Shown here piece by piece: positions 12,939-24,640 of a DNA stretch of 64,000 nucleotides (the first letter of the stretch is position 1; each line of letters begins with the position of its first letter). A model generated the notes under the pieces. That model made no database searches. It was not told the DNA's origin and worked only from the letters and a program-made list of their open reading frames with translations. The DNA is from Clavelina lepadiformis. Its lineage: Eukaryota. Where the stretch lies: positions 18,964,288-19,028,287 of the forward strand of contig NC_135246.1 in the NCBI RefSeq assembly GCF_947623445.1, written 5' to 3'. A program made the translations under genes and the position numbers.

Positions 12939-13147
12939 GTTCGTACATTACGTTTATACTAAAACACTCTTACTATGCTGAGTGACTGGGGAACTTAAAA
13001 TTATGCAGGCTGTGTATGGTCAAACTTTTTACACTTAAGAACTATTGTTGGCTTGTTGCCGTTTTGAAGAAAACATCAGCCAAACAATTAGCCAATGATT
13101 TGCTCCTTTTGCACGGTAGATAATACTTTATTTCTCATATGTTTCAG

Positions 13148-13193
13148 TTTTCTTCAGTCTGGTAAGCTGGAAAGAAAATCATCATCATCTGCG
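13148..13193 (+). CDS. gene B exon 5 (NFLQSGKLERKSSSSA)
   Basis: acceptor gtttcag; donor gtaagt; restores phase 0. Confidence 0.5.
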
Positions 13194-13296
13194 GTAAGTG
13201 TTTTATTGTCGAAAGTTGATTAATCTTTTACTGTAGGCTTCTTAATTCGGTATTTGCAAGCTTGTGCTTGTAATTTTTGTCGTTTTTGTGCTTTAG

Positions 13297-13437
13297 TTAC
13301 AAGATTTAGAGAAGGAGTTGGATAAAGCATTGAATGTTGTCGATGAACGCGTGGATCGGCTGGATAAAGGTATAAAAGACACAAAGAAAATTGAAGATCT
13401 GCTGGATTCATGCTTGAAAGAAATGGAGCAAACATAA
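13297..13437 (+). CDS. gene B terminal exon (LQDLEKELDKALNVVDERVDRLDKGIKDTKKIEDLLDSCLKEMEQT*)
   Basis: acceptor gctttag; TAA stop at 13435-13437; a partial copy of this exon recurs at 17262-17360 at the start of the second duplication unit. Confidence 0.55.
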   Translation, partial: LQDLEKELDKALNVVDERVDRLDKGIKDTKKIEDLLDSCLKEMEQT

Positions 13438-14771
13438 AACGTCCTTTATGTACTTAGTGTGATGTCATAATGTTGCTGTTTGGTGTTTTGCTTAAAAAGT
13501 TTTTTTATTTTAGTCACAGCTTGTGGTTTGTTACCTTTGAAAACTTGCGTGCAGTAGAAACACTTGACAAAATGTTGTTTGTTTTCACGTTGTGTAATTT
13601 GCATCAGAAAAATTTTAGTGCTTTCTTAAAATCCATGTTCTTAAGTAATAACCGTTGTCCATATTCGGTGTCATGCTATACTATGTACCCTAGACCAAGG
13701 CAGTTAAAAAACTAGAAGATGCGGTAAAGTATTTTATGTACTGCAAAGTCGATGTAATAGATATGTCCACAATAAATCTGTTTTATGTTGTCATTTTTGC
13801 TGTAGATGTGTATTTGACTAAAGCAACCATAAAACAGTAGAAAGACACTTATTATAGCAAATAACTTACAGTTAATTAACATAGAAAACATTTATTTATT
13901 ATTTCATTTTGCTTCTGAATCCCAGACACACACAATAACATTACTTGGCTTTGTAGTTAGTTGATTTTATTTCAGGGTTGTACTACTCCGTTGTAAGACA
14001 TATTTTTACTTTGGTTTGTAAGGAAAAGTTTTAATTAACAAGGTGCTCTTCGGAACGTCCAAATAAGCTGAACCATAAACAGCTTACCGACAGTAAGTAA
14101 TAAATATCAAGTACCATTTAATTCTGGTTGGAAGAAGATTAAACCAATTCTAAATTACCAGCAGTGATAAACAACACACGATCAAAAGAGATGGCATAAC
14201 ACAGAAGAAAGACATTTGAAGTGTATAGTGTATGAGTAATTGACATTAAAAATATTTTAATTCTTTATATTGCTTATGACACCCAGAATATGATTAAGTC
14301 ATGAGATACTTCCTTTCAGGATTGCATACTTCGTGCACTAGTGCGTTGTAAAGCGTATTTTTACTTTGGTTTGAAAAACACATTCACAAGGTCAACGGAA
14401 CGCCCAAATGAAGAAGCTGAACTACAAACGGACAACGATGATCCGTGTTTGCTATGAAATAGTTTTTCCAACAGCAAGTATATCAAGTACCATTTAATTC
14501 TGGATGGAAGATTAAACCAATTCTAAATTACCAGCAATGATAAACAACATAATTTCTACAAAGCAAGCGATATCAATATAATAACAAGTAACGAGTCAAT
14601 CATATCAGTATACATCAATCTGCCAGGGAGTTGTACCACACCGCAGTGTTGGAAGATTTCAACGTGCAGACAGATACGTAGTTTCTCTTTTCCATATGTT
14701 CCAGGCGAGCTATATTGTCTCTGCAAAAATATGTTCGTTTGACAAGTGTCAATTACTGATACAAAGGGCCA

Positions 14772-14940
14772 TTGCCTTGCAACCGTTACCCAAGAGAAGT
14801 TTTAGATTGTTAAAAGACTGTTGTAAATCGTGAAACACTTGTCTTGCCCTACGAGCCTCAGTCTGATTTTGCTGCAACGCAGCACAAAGTGCGAAGTTCA
14901 TTTTCTGCTCCATCTCCTGAGAAGCTTGTTGACTAAGAAT
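14772..14940 (-). CDS. gene F copy 1: candidate coiled-coil exon (…QASQEMEQKMNFALCAALQQNQTEARRARQVFHDLQQSFNNLKLLLGNG…), gene D paralog
   Basis: stop-free heptad-rich minus-strand frame, similar to 9623-9838. Confidence 0.3.
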
Positions 14941-15469
14941 TTAAATCGATGTCATTGCATACGAATATAGTCAAGCAATCTATTTAAAGCAATAAGTATT
15001 TTCAATATTTAAATTTAGAGGTATAACCAATGTAATGCATAAACGATGCAAATATTTTTCTTTCCAAAAGTAATTACTTAAAAACATATAGACGTGCATT
15101 GAGGGTTAGTCCCTCCATAAACTTAATGATTAGTACATATGATGCACAATTTTGCACCACCTCTCCCACCGACGCCTTGTCAAATTTTCCTGCTTTAGTT
15201 GTGATTTGTTAATTTTGTCATTGTTGCTAATACATTCGCTACTTTCATGGTCAGGACAAATTTATCGTTCCACACAATTATGACAAAAAATGAAATAAAT
15301 GGTCATTTATGCAAGGCAAAGTATATATGCATAGCTTTCAAAAGAAACTTGCCCGCTTCCCGGCATAAGAGATTTGGTGTTGGTTAGATTTTTTGGGCAA
15401 TATTTCTCTTCATTACGGACAGCTTTGCAGACCTAAAACAGTTAAATTCGTTCCATCATTTGACACTCT

Positions 15470-15646
15470 TTAAATTATCATCATCAAACAAACCGTGTTA
15501 GTGCCATGATGTTGTCCACCCATGTCTGGATTGTGTTGCCACATCTCCATTTTGTTTGATGCCTGCTCTCTTTGCAATTCTTCGTATCTCGCCTTCTGCT
15601 CTTCCAGCTCCTTGATTTTAAGAACCAACTCTGAGTTGGTCAATTC
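15470..15646 (-). CDS. gene E copy 1 terminal exon (EIVELTNSELVLKIKELEEQKARYEELQREQASNKMEMWQHNPDMGGQHHGTNTVCLMMII*)
   Basis: acceptor ttttcttag; stop TAA at 15470-15472; phase-1 join. Confidence 0.45.
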   Translation of the reverse strand, partial: ELTNSELVLKIKELEEQKARYEELQREQASNKMEMWQHNPDMGGQHHGTNTVCLMMII

Positions 15647-15729
15647 CACGATTTCCCTAAGAAAAATTTCCAAAGGGATAAAACCTCAGCAAAATGATCA
15701 GCATCAAAAGTAACTTGTGAAACTCATAC

Positions 15730-15931
15730 CTGCATTCATCGTTTTCTAAAATTGCATGACTTATCTTCTGCTTTAATATTGAAGTTGCATTTATCAGCTC
15801 CTCGTTACGTTTCTCTTCCATCTCGAGGTCAGTAAGAAGATCACTTGATCTTTTTCTTTCAATTTCAAGTGTTGTTTGAAGACTATCCAAAGTTGACTCA
15901 AATTCAAGAATCTTGGACCTTAAGTACTTAA
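15730..15931 (-). CDS. gene E copy 1 penultimate exon (…KYLRSKILEFESTLDSLQTTLEIERKRSSDLLTDLEMEEKRNEELINATSILKQKISHAILENDEC)
   Basis: acceptor gttgcag; donor AG|gtatga; 202 nt like gene C exon 10908-11109. Confidence 0.45.
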
Positions 15932-16039
15932 CTGCAACGTTTAACAGCTTCAGTGAGCAATTATAACCTATACTTGAGCAAAATCGAAGTTATTGGAAAA
16001 TCTACCTTCTCCCAATGTTTATGTAATGTTATAAGTGGG

Positions 16040-16530
16040 CTGTACCGCGGTACTTCATTTGTATCGATACCGGTACTGTCGGTATTTTTGAAAAAAGTAC
16101 CGAAACTCGGTACCGAATTACTTTTTTCAAGAAATTTTGGTCGGTCCCAGTCCCGGTACTCGGTACTTTTCAGGTGATAATTCATTTCAAAATTTTGACA
16201 AATACGTTTTCAAAAATACATGTTAATTAATCCTTAATATTAATTTTAGCATTTGTTGATAATTTTTTAATCTAAAAATGTCAAGTATAATTGCAAGCGA
16301 TTAACATCACATATGTTTTGACCTAGATTAACCTTTACTAGGGGCATAATTGCGGCAAACATTGCATTTGCTGCAGCATCTTTTACACAAAAAGTATCGG
16401 TACCGAGTAGGCTTATCGACAAACTATCAAACTACTTTTTTAAAATAGTACCAAATACTGGAACTGTCGGTACACTTTTTGCAAAGTACCGGTACCGTTA
16501 CCGACAGTACTTTAAAAGTACCGACGGCAA
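16040..16530. repeat. palindrome-rich MITE-like element (GGTACCG / CGGTAC / TACCGACAGT motifs), copy in unit 1
   Basis: dense inverted repeats ggtaccgagt / actcggtacc; terminal tgtcggta ... taccgacagt. Confidence 0.4.
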
Positions 16531-18424
16531 ACCTCGGTTTAATTGTACACATTTGTACACCTATAATCATTTTTGTATAAGTTTTAACTGTAAATTACCG
16601 AATTTCATACTAATGTTATAGTTATAAGTATAGTTGTAAGTTATAATTCGCCATTATACTCACTTTCGCTTTTCGCAGAGGGGAAAGTTCCTTGCTCTTC
16701 TGTCATTTTCTGTTCAGCTTAAATACTTACGTCTTCAAAGCAATGCAACGAGTTGATGGCAGACTATGGCTGCTTGTCGATTACCACGAACAGAAGTGAA
16801 AAGTTTGAAGACGAATAAAGCGTGATCAGTAACGTCATAATTACGCGAAATCGTAGCGTATTTTTTAAAGACGATTTGTCCACAATTTAAAAAAGTTGAA
16901 TAATTTTCTTATTAGTTTGTCAGCGGTGTAGGAGAGAATGATTCAAAACGTCAACAGAGTACGTTTTATTAAGCTTGGTAGATTCAACAAGATGATTAGA
17001 ATTTAATACACTTCCTTGCCGAAATGATTAACTATTGGCAAATCTAGGATTGTAACCAAGTTATATTTTTCTGACTCGAGTCAAGTCGTGTAATTTTGAG
17101 TTGTGATTCGAGTAGAATCGAGTCAATTTAAGTTGTGACTACACTCAAGCCAATTTAAACTATGACTCGAATAAAGTCAATGTTTTTAACGTAAAAACTA
17201 TTCTGAGGTCACACTATGGGTTGCAATAAACTGATCAGTAGGTCTATATATAAGTAGTAGGTTATCGATGAACGCGTGGATTGGCTGGATAAAGGTATAA
17301 AAGACACCAAGAAAATTGAAGACCTGTTGGATTCATGTTTGAAAGAAATGGAGCAAACATAAAACGTCCTTTATGTACTTAATGTGATGTCATAATGCTG
17401 GTGTTTGGTGTTTACAAAGTTTTTGTAAAATTATTCACAGCTTGTGGTTTGTTACCTTTGAAAACTGGCGTGTAGTAGAAATACTTGACAAGATGTTGTT
17501 TCTGTTTTCACGTTGTGTAATTTTCATTAGAAAAATTGTGGTTTCCTAAAATCCATGTTTGAAGTAATAACCTTTGTCCGGTGCTATGCTACTGTGTACG
17601 TTAGGCTCACGTACGCAGTTAAAAAACAGAAAATGCTGTATAAAGTATTTTATGTACTGCAAAGTTGATTTAATAGATATGTTCACATTAAATCGGGTTT
17701 TATGCTGTCATTTTTGCCTGAATGTTTATTTGACTTTCTTAACCATTGTCAACTCTGAATGTTGGGAAAAAATATTTAACTGTGGTCTAATAGGCTACAT
17801 TTCTTAAAAACGATCGAAGGAGATTGCTTAAGACAGTAGAAAGACACTTTAAGTGTAAGTTAGTAATTAACTTTGAAAACATTTTAATTCTTTATTTTGC
17901 TTATGAATAATCCCAGACCACACTTATCATTTCATTAACTTCTATGAGACACTTCCTTTCAAGGATGCATACTTCGTTCACTAACTTAGTCAAAAACACA
18001 TTTACAAGGTGAAACCCTGCGGAAACGTTCACATAAATAAGCTGGACTACAAACGGACAACCATGATCCGTGATTTCTCCGAATAAGTTTTACTGACAGT
18101 AAGAAATAGGCCTTTCAAGTACCATTTGATTCTGGATGGAAGAAGATTAAACCAATTCTAAATTATCAGCAGTGATGGACAACACAATTTCTACAAAGCA
18201 AGCGATACCAATATAGTAATAATAATAAGCAAAAAGTCAGTCATATCAATGTACATCCATCTGCCAGGGAGTTGCACCATACTGTAGTATTGACCGAAAG
18301 AATTCAACGTGCAGATAGATGCCTACTTCCCTTTTCAATCTGTTCCAGACACGTTATATTGTCTCTGCAAAAATATGTTCCTTTGACAAGTGTCAATTAC
18401 TGAAACAAGGGACCATTGCTTTGC

Positions 18425-18600
18425 AACCGTTACCCAAAAGAAGTTTCAGATTGTTAAAAGACTGTTGTAAATCGTGAAAAACTTGTCTTGCCCTACGAGC
18501 CTCAGTCTGCTTTTGATGCAGCGCAGCACTAAGTTCAGAGTTGTTTTTCTGCTCCATCTTTTGAGAAGCTTCATCTTTTTCACGTCTGTTGATAAAAGCT
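18425..18600 (-). CDS. gene F copy 2 (duplicate of 14772-14940)
   Basis: duplicated unit. Confidence 0.3.
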
Positions 18601-19300
18601 TGACGTGATAAAACTGAGTTTTTGACTAAGAATTTAAATTGATGTCATTGCATACGAATATAGTCAAGCAATCTATTTAAAGCAACAAATATGTTCAATA
18701 TTTAGCTTTAGAGGCATAACTAATCCAGTGCACGTACAATGCAAATATTTTTCTTTCCAAAGGTAATTACTTACAAGCATATAGACGTGCATTAAGGGTT
18801 AGTCCCTTCATAAACTTAATGATTAGCATATTTATGTTCACAGAAGATGCGGAGTAGGCCTAATTATTTGTAGCAGATAGAGTTTTTACTTGTATCTAAA
18901 CAGGTTTGGTGCTTTAACGGTCGCTATAAATTTGCCTTTCCTAAAATTTATCTTTATGATGCACAATTTGTCACCCCCTCCCCCACCGACGACTTGTCAA
19001 ATTTTCCTGCTTTACTTGTGATTTGTTAATTTTGTCATTGTTGCTAATACATTCGCTACTTTCATGGTCAGGACAAATTTATCGTTCCACACAATTATGA
19101 CAAAAAATGAAATAAATGGTCATTTCTGCAAGGCAAAATATATATGCATAGCTTTCAAAAGAAACTTGCCCGCTTCCCGGCATAAGAGATTTGGTTTCGG
19201 TTAGATTTCCTGGGCAATATTTCTCTTCATTACGGACAGTTTTGCAGACCTATTAAATTACAGTTATTACCTATTAAACAGTTACCTATTAAATTACCTA

Positions 19301-19523
19301 TTAAACAGTTAAATTCGTTCCATCATTTGACACACTTAGGATTATCATCATCAAACAAACCGTGTTAGTGCCATATTGCTGTCCACCCATGGCTGGATGG
19401 TGTTGCCACATCTCCATCTCGTCTGATGCCTGCTCTCCTTGCAATTCTTCGTATCTCGCCTTCTGCTCTTCCAGCTCCTTGACTTTAAGAATCAACTCTG
19501 AGTTGGTCACTTCCAAGATTGAC
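19301..19523 (-). CDS. gene E copy 2 terminal exon (SILEVTNSELILKVKELEEQKARYEELQGEQASDEMEMWQHHPAMGGQQYGTNTVCLMMIILSVSNDGTNLTV*)
   Basis: duplicate of 15470-15646 with diverged C-terminus (stop shifted). Confidence 0.4.
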
Positions 19524-19596
19524 CTAAGAAATATTTCCAAAGGGATAAAACCTCGGCAAAATGATCAGCATCATAAGTAACTTGTGAAACTCATAC

Positions 19597-19798
19597 CAGT
19601 ATTTATCGTTTTCTAAATTTGCATGACTTATCTTCTGCTTTAATATTGAAGTCGTATTTATCAGCTCCTCGTTACGTTTCTCTACCATCTCAAGGTCAGT
19701 AAAAAGATCGTCTGATCTTTTTCTTTCAATTTCAAGTGTTGTTTGAAGACTATCCAAGGTTGTTTCAAATTCAAGAATCTTCGACCTTAAGTACTCAA
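19597..19798 (-). CDS. gene E copy 2 penultimate exon (…TTLEIERKRSDDLFTDLEMVEKRNEELINTTSILKQKISHANLENDKYW)
   Basis: acceptor cattgcag; donor TG|gtatga; 202 nt. Confidence 0.4.
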
Positions 19799-19899
19799 CT
19801 GCAATGTTTAACAGCTTCAGTGAGCAATTATAACCTATACTTGAGCAGAATCGAAGTTATTGGAATATCTACCTTTTCCCAATGTCTATGGAATGTTAT

Positions 19900-20395
19900 A
19901 AATGGGCTGTACCGCGGTACTTTGTTTGTATCGATACCGGTATTGTCGGTATTTAAAAAAAAAGTACCGAAACTCGGTACCGAAGTACTTTTTTGAAGAA
20001 ATTTTGGTCAGTCCCGGTACTCGGTACTTTTCAGGTGATAGTTTATTTCAAAATTTTGACAAATATGTTTTCATAATTACATGGTAATTAATCTTTAATA
20101 ATAATTTTAGCATTTGTTGATCTTTTTTAATCTAAAAATGTCAAGTAAAATTGCAAGCGATTAACATCACATATGTTTTAACCTAGATTAACCTTTACTA
20201 GGGGCATAGTTGCGGCAAACATTGCATTTGCAGCAGCATTTTTTACACAAAAAGTATCGGTACCGAGTACCGACAAACTATCGAAATACTTTTTTAAAAT
20301 AGTACCAAATACCGGGGCCCTCGATACATTTTTTGCCAAGTACTGGTACTGTTACCGACGGTACTTATGAAGTGCCGACGGCCAATCTCTGTGTA
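19900..20395. repeat. palindrome-rich MITE-like element, copy in unit 2
   Basis: duplicate of 16040-16530. Confidence 0.4.
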
Positions 20396-22090
20396 GTTGT
20401 ACAGATTAGTACACCTATGATCATTTTTGTATAAGCTTTTACTGTACATTACCAGAATTTCATACTAAGGTTATAGTTATAAGTATAGTTGTAAGTTATA
20501 ATTCGCCATTATACTCACTTTCGCTTTTCGCAGAGGGGAAAGTTCCTTGCTCTTCTGTCATTTTCTGTTCAGTTTAAATACTTACGTCTCCAAAGCAATG
20601 CAACGAGTTGATGGCAGACTATGGCTGCTTGTCGATTACCACGAACAGAAGTGAAAAGTTTGAAGACGAATAAAGCGTGATCAGTAACGTCATAATTACG
20701 CGAAATCGTAGCGTTTTTTTAAAGACGAGTTGTCCACAATTTAAAAAAGTTGAATAATTTTCTTATTAGTTTGTCAGTGGTGTAGGAGCGAATGAATCAA
20801 AACGTCAACAGAGTACGTTTTATTAAGCTTGGTAGATACAACAAGATGATTAGAATTTAATACACTTCCTTGCCGAAATGATTAACTATTGGCAAATCTA
20901 GGATTGTAACCAAGTCATATTTTTCTGACTCGAGTCAAGTCGTGTCATTTTGAGTTGTGATTCGAGTAGAGTCGAGTCAATTTAAGTTGTGATTCCACTC
21001 AAGCCGGTTTAAACTATGACTCGAATAAAGTCAATGTTTTTAACCTAAAAACTATTCTGAGATCACACTATGGGTTGCAATAAACTGATCAGTAGGTCTA
21101 CACTCTACACCGTTATGGCTGTCTACAAATTAGTCTGGTTGTTACTTAACCTACTACAGAGTGTTGTAATTGTTTAGAAAAATATCCGATTTTGTGACCT
21201 AAAGTTGTCTTTCTTGCTGTGTCGATTGTCATAACGTGACTCAAATCGTTTGGAGGCTGACTTGAGTCAAGTCGAGTCATCGAAAAGCTTGACTCGAGTC
21301 AAGTCAATGACTCGATTCATTGCAAAACTGGTAATAAAATTAAAAACACAAAACGTTTTAACCGCTTTGCTTGGTACAACAAATGATAACAAAGTCGAAC
21401 TAAATGTGTTTTCGCACCATAAACCGAATCGCAGAAACTTGACTGGGGACAAAATTGCAAGTAAAGCAACAGGAAGAGAACACGATTGATATTTGGATAT
21501 TGTTGGTATTCTGAATGGTTTCTTATTCACACCTTTATATATACTTTATTTGTTTGATGGAGATACGACACTTTAAAGAAACTTTGATTATTAGTTTGTT
21601 CTTTATAAATGGCGTCTGGTTGATGCCACATTCTTGGGATTCCCCCTTTTCCTGATGATGTTATTTTGGGAAACCAGGCTTACCAGGCCTACTAGCCTAC
21701 TGCCTATATGGCATTTCGGATTTTCGGTTACAATTTGAGAGGGATAGGTTACAGACTACAGCATATTGGTTACAGACAGGATCTAGGCTACTGGATGTTG
21801 ATTGTTAGACAGGGCATAGTTATTGGTTGTGATGTTCATTCTACATTGAAAACATTTGGGTTTGCTCTTCAAAAACGGGTTGTTTTCGACTTTGGGGCGG
21901 GGATTTCCCCGAAGTATAATAATTTTTTTTATGTTATTTGTTTTGACTGCTAACTTATTTACCCCGTTACCACGAAATAAAGAGCTTTGATAACGTCACA
22001 CTTTGCTGGCTTTGAGGTGGTTGTGTATTTTCGTAGTCTAACCCTGAAATCCAGTTTAAAGTAAAGAAACTTTTGTGCGTCATGCCACAG

Positions 22091-22440
22091 ACCAGCGGTT
22101 CCTAAACTTTTTTGAGGGCGACACAAATCCGAGTTTGGTGAACATCTCGCAGCCCAAGCTTCAAACATCGTATTTTAACACGAAAAAATAACGATTGTAT
22201 AGATGATTTTTTTGCAGTAGCTAAGTTGCAATGTCAGCAATTTACTCTTTTCTCAAGTACCTTGGGGCCTACGCTACAGACAGACACAGCAGACAAGCAG
22301 TGATAATAATCTGATCCACTCACTATGGAACAATGTATTTTATTAGAAACATCGGTTTGCATCGCCTTGGTGCGACCCATCTTTTGACTCTTCGCGACCC
22401 TTGTTTGGGTCGTGACCCATACTTCGGGAACCACCGCCAT
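22091..22440. mobile_element. diverged MITE of the same family as the hAT-like elements at 55147-55484 and 60305-60642
   Basis: 5' end ggttcctaaacttttttgagggcgaca and 3' end gggtcgtgacccatacttcgggaacc match the family termini (ttctcaaact…gggtcgcgacccc) in inverted orientation. Confidence 0.45.
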
Positions 22441-22718
22441 AGACTACCATCGAAACCTGACGTAATTTCCCGTTTGGTTTACGCCTAAATATGTAAGAAT
22501 ATCTTTGCTAGGCCTTGTGACATGTTAAATCACTGCAATGATCTAAATGCCAACTTTTGATTTTAATGAGTTAAATTGATATCGCCAAATATAAGTTTAA
22601 AGACTAACATCAATTATGCCTAATCACCACAAAGTTATTTTGTTAGCAGGTTATGCTAAGGAGTGCTGTAAAATCTTTTTTGAATAATTTTCGCAGTTAT
22701 CAGTTAGGATTACAAGCA

Positions 22719-23717
22719 ATGGCACCAGGCAGAAAAAGGAACCGTGGAAAGGGAAATAGTGAACCTACCACTAAAAAAGCAAAATCAAATGCAAAGAAAA
22801 CAACTGATAATGAGATTACAACAAAAGACGACCCTATTGTTGCCCCTGTGAGTGGGGTTATAGAAAATGGTCAGGGTGACAATGGATCAAGTGATGTTAC
22901 TGCTGTGCCACGGGAAACAACAGCTGATGGTCGAAGATACAATCTTAAAATTGCATCGTGGAATGTAGCCGGTGTTCGAGCCTGGGTTAAAAAAGACGGG
23001 CACAAGTGGCTCTGTGAAGAAAGTCCTGACATAATTTGCTTGCAAGAAACTAAATGTGCTAAGAAAGATATTCCGAAGCAACTGAAAGACATGAGTGATT
23101 ACAAAATTTACTGGAACGAAGCCAAATCGGTCAAAGGATTCAGTGGGGTGGCTTTGTTATCTAAAGCTAAACCCATGCAAATTGACTATGGTATCGGTGT
23201 CGAAGAACATGATCAAGAGGGGCGGACAATTACAGCTGAGTATGAAAAGTTTTATCTTGTGACCACATATGTTCCAAATTCTCAAAGAGGTTTGAAGAGA
23301 CTCAGTTATCGCATGAAGTGGAATGAAGATTTCCTGACTTACTTAAAGAGTCTTGATGCCAAAAAACCTGTCGTTCTCTGTGGAGACATGAACGTTTCAC
23401 ATCTTGAGATAGATCTTGCCAATCCAAAATCAAACAGAAAAAATGCGGGATTTACTCAGGAAGAAAGGGATGGAATGAGCACGCTTCTTGAAAGTGGGTT
23501 CGTGGATACTTACCGCAAATTCTACCCCGACTTGATAAAAAAGTACACGTTCTGGACGTACATGAGCAATGCTCGAGCCAAGAATGTCGGTTGGAGACTC
23601 GATTATTACATTGTGTCAGAGAAATGGATGGACAATGTGTGTGATAATGTCATAGAGCCGTCAGTTATGGGAAGTGACCATTGCCCTGTTGTTCTCTTGA
23701 TGGCAATACCAGAGTGA
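22719..23717 (+). CDS. APEX1: DNA-(apurinic/apyrimidinic site) endonuclease, ExoIII/APE1 family, single exon. An in-frame upstream ATG exists at 22653; the APE1-like N-terminus MAPGRKRNRGKG starts at 22719
   Basis: colinear with human APE1 along the whole protein: SWNVAGVRAWVKK, ICLQETKC (catalytic Glu), TTYVPN, VLCGDMNVSH, NAGFTQEERDG, WTYMSNARAKNVGWRLDYYIVS, GSDHCPV (catalytic His); Lys-rich NLS-like N-terminus. Confidence 0.85.
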   Translation: MAPGRKRNRGKGNSEPTTKKAKSNAKKTTDNEITTKDDPIVAPVSGVIENGQGDNGSSDVTAVPRETTADGRRYNLKIASWNVAGVRAWVKKDGHKWLCEESPDIICLQETKCAKKDIPKQLKDMSDYKIYWNEAKSVKGFSGVALLSKAKPMQIDYGIGVEEHDQEGRTITAEYEKFYLVTTYVPNSQRGLKRLSYRMKWNEDFLTYLKSLDAKKPVVLCGDMNVSHLEIDLANPKSNRKNAGFTQEERDGMSTLLESGFVDTYRKFYPDLIKKYTFWTYMSNARAKNVGWRLDYYIVSEKWMDNVCDNVIEPSVMGSDHCPVVLLMAIPE

Positions 23718-24303
23718 CAAGCTTGAAGCAAACTTTTTTGTGCTTAAAAACTTATTATTACAAGTATGTGTCAGTAATGTCTGTATACTACCTTTGTGTT
23801 GGTACAAATAAAACCAGATTTGGTGCATTCAAGGGTTATTTTTATGCTTGTTAATTGCCAGTAATTCTGTTTATTTCAGTGCTAGTTTATTACTCATTTG
23901 TTTACGGTAACTGCTTAGTACGTTGTGCATGGTTATCTTTCTTAGCAATGTATCCATTTTAGTTTGGTGCTGCAGTTGTTATGTGAGTACGGTCACTACT
24001 AGTAAATTCTGTGAGTTTTTAATGATTTTTATCATCACTGCCACGATTTTCTTATAACAAATGTCATTTTCAACTTCGTTTCATTTCTTTTTTGTGTTTG
24101 GAATTTATATGATATTGGCTTAAGTAGCAACATCAGCTTCTTACCGGTATTTGTGTGACCATAAGCTACTGCATTAACTTATTGATATGTTGCAATGCTG
24201 TGAGCTGACTTGTAAATATTTTCATAAATTTCAAGTTTTCTGTGTTATAATGATTTAAAAAGCTTTTGATGAATTCTGTTGTGTGTTGATAAAACAAGTT
24301 ATC

Positions 24304-24447
24304 ATGGGGCTGTTCGAAGAGAACCCGCTGTTCATAAACAAACTCTTTGTCCTCGATCTTGGATCTGCTTCGCATAAAACTAAGAAGAAGGTTCGTGAAA
24401 AGATCACAGAAAATGGCGGAACCATCTCATATATTTTGACAAAGAAG
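24304..24447 (+). CDS. PARP4: PARP4 exon: start codon and BRCT part 1 (MGLFEENPLFINKLFVLDLGSASHKTKKKVREKITENGGTISYILTKK)
   Basis: matches human MVMGIFANCIFCLKVKYLPQQQKKKLQTDIKENGGKFSF; donor AAG|gtgcgt. Confidence 0.65.
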
Positions 24448-24640
24448 GTGCGTTATAGTTTGTTGACAAAGCAGAAAGGTGTTATGTGACACTTTATTTG
24501 ACAAGTAAATTTGTGCTTAACTCTATATATATACGTATGCCTGTACACCAGTATATGAATAAGGTAACTTACATGAATAGAAAAAATTGCCCTACAAGCC
24601 TTAAAGTTTTTACGTTGTACATAACAGTGTTCTTATTCAG

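Larger units (their letters stand above)
13316..17259. repeat. tandem segmental duplication, unit 1 (~3.9 kb)
   Basis: long collinear similarity with 17260-21100 at roughly 90% identity with indels; both units begin with atgaacgcgtggat(c/t)ggctggataaaggtataaaagaca. Confidence 0.85.
17260..21100. repeat. tandem segmental duplication, unit 2
   Basis: see unit 1; carries a duplicated, acceptor-less fragment of gene B last exon (IDERVDWLDKGIKDTKKIEDLLDSCLKEMEQT*). Confidence 0.85.

Noticed and set aside
21708-21953. ORF 21708-21953 (MAFRIFGYNLRGIGYRLQHIGYRQDLGYW…)
   Set aside because: It is the translation of a short tandem (ggttacag / ggatagg) repeat region. It is periodic and low-complexity and not a gene.
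22871-23092. Minus-strand ORFs 22871-23092 and 22887-23081 overlapping APEX1
   Set aside because: These are antisense to a well-supported APE1 coding region and match no protein family.
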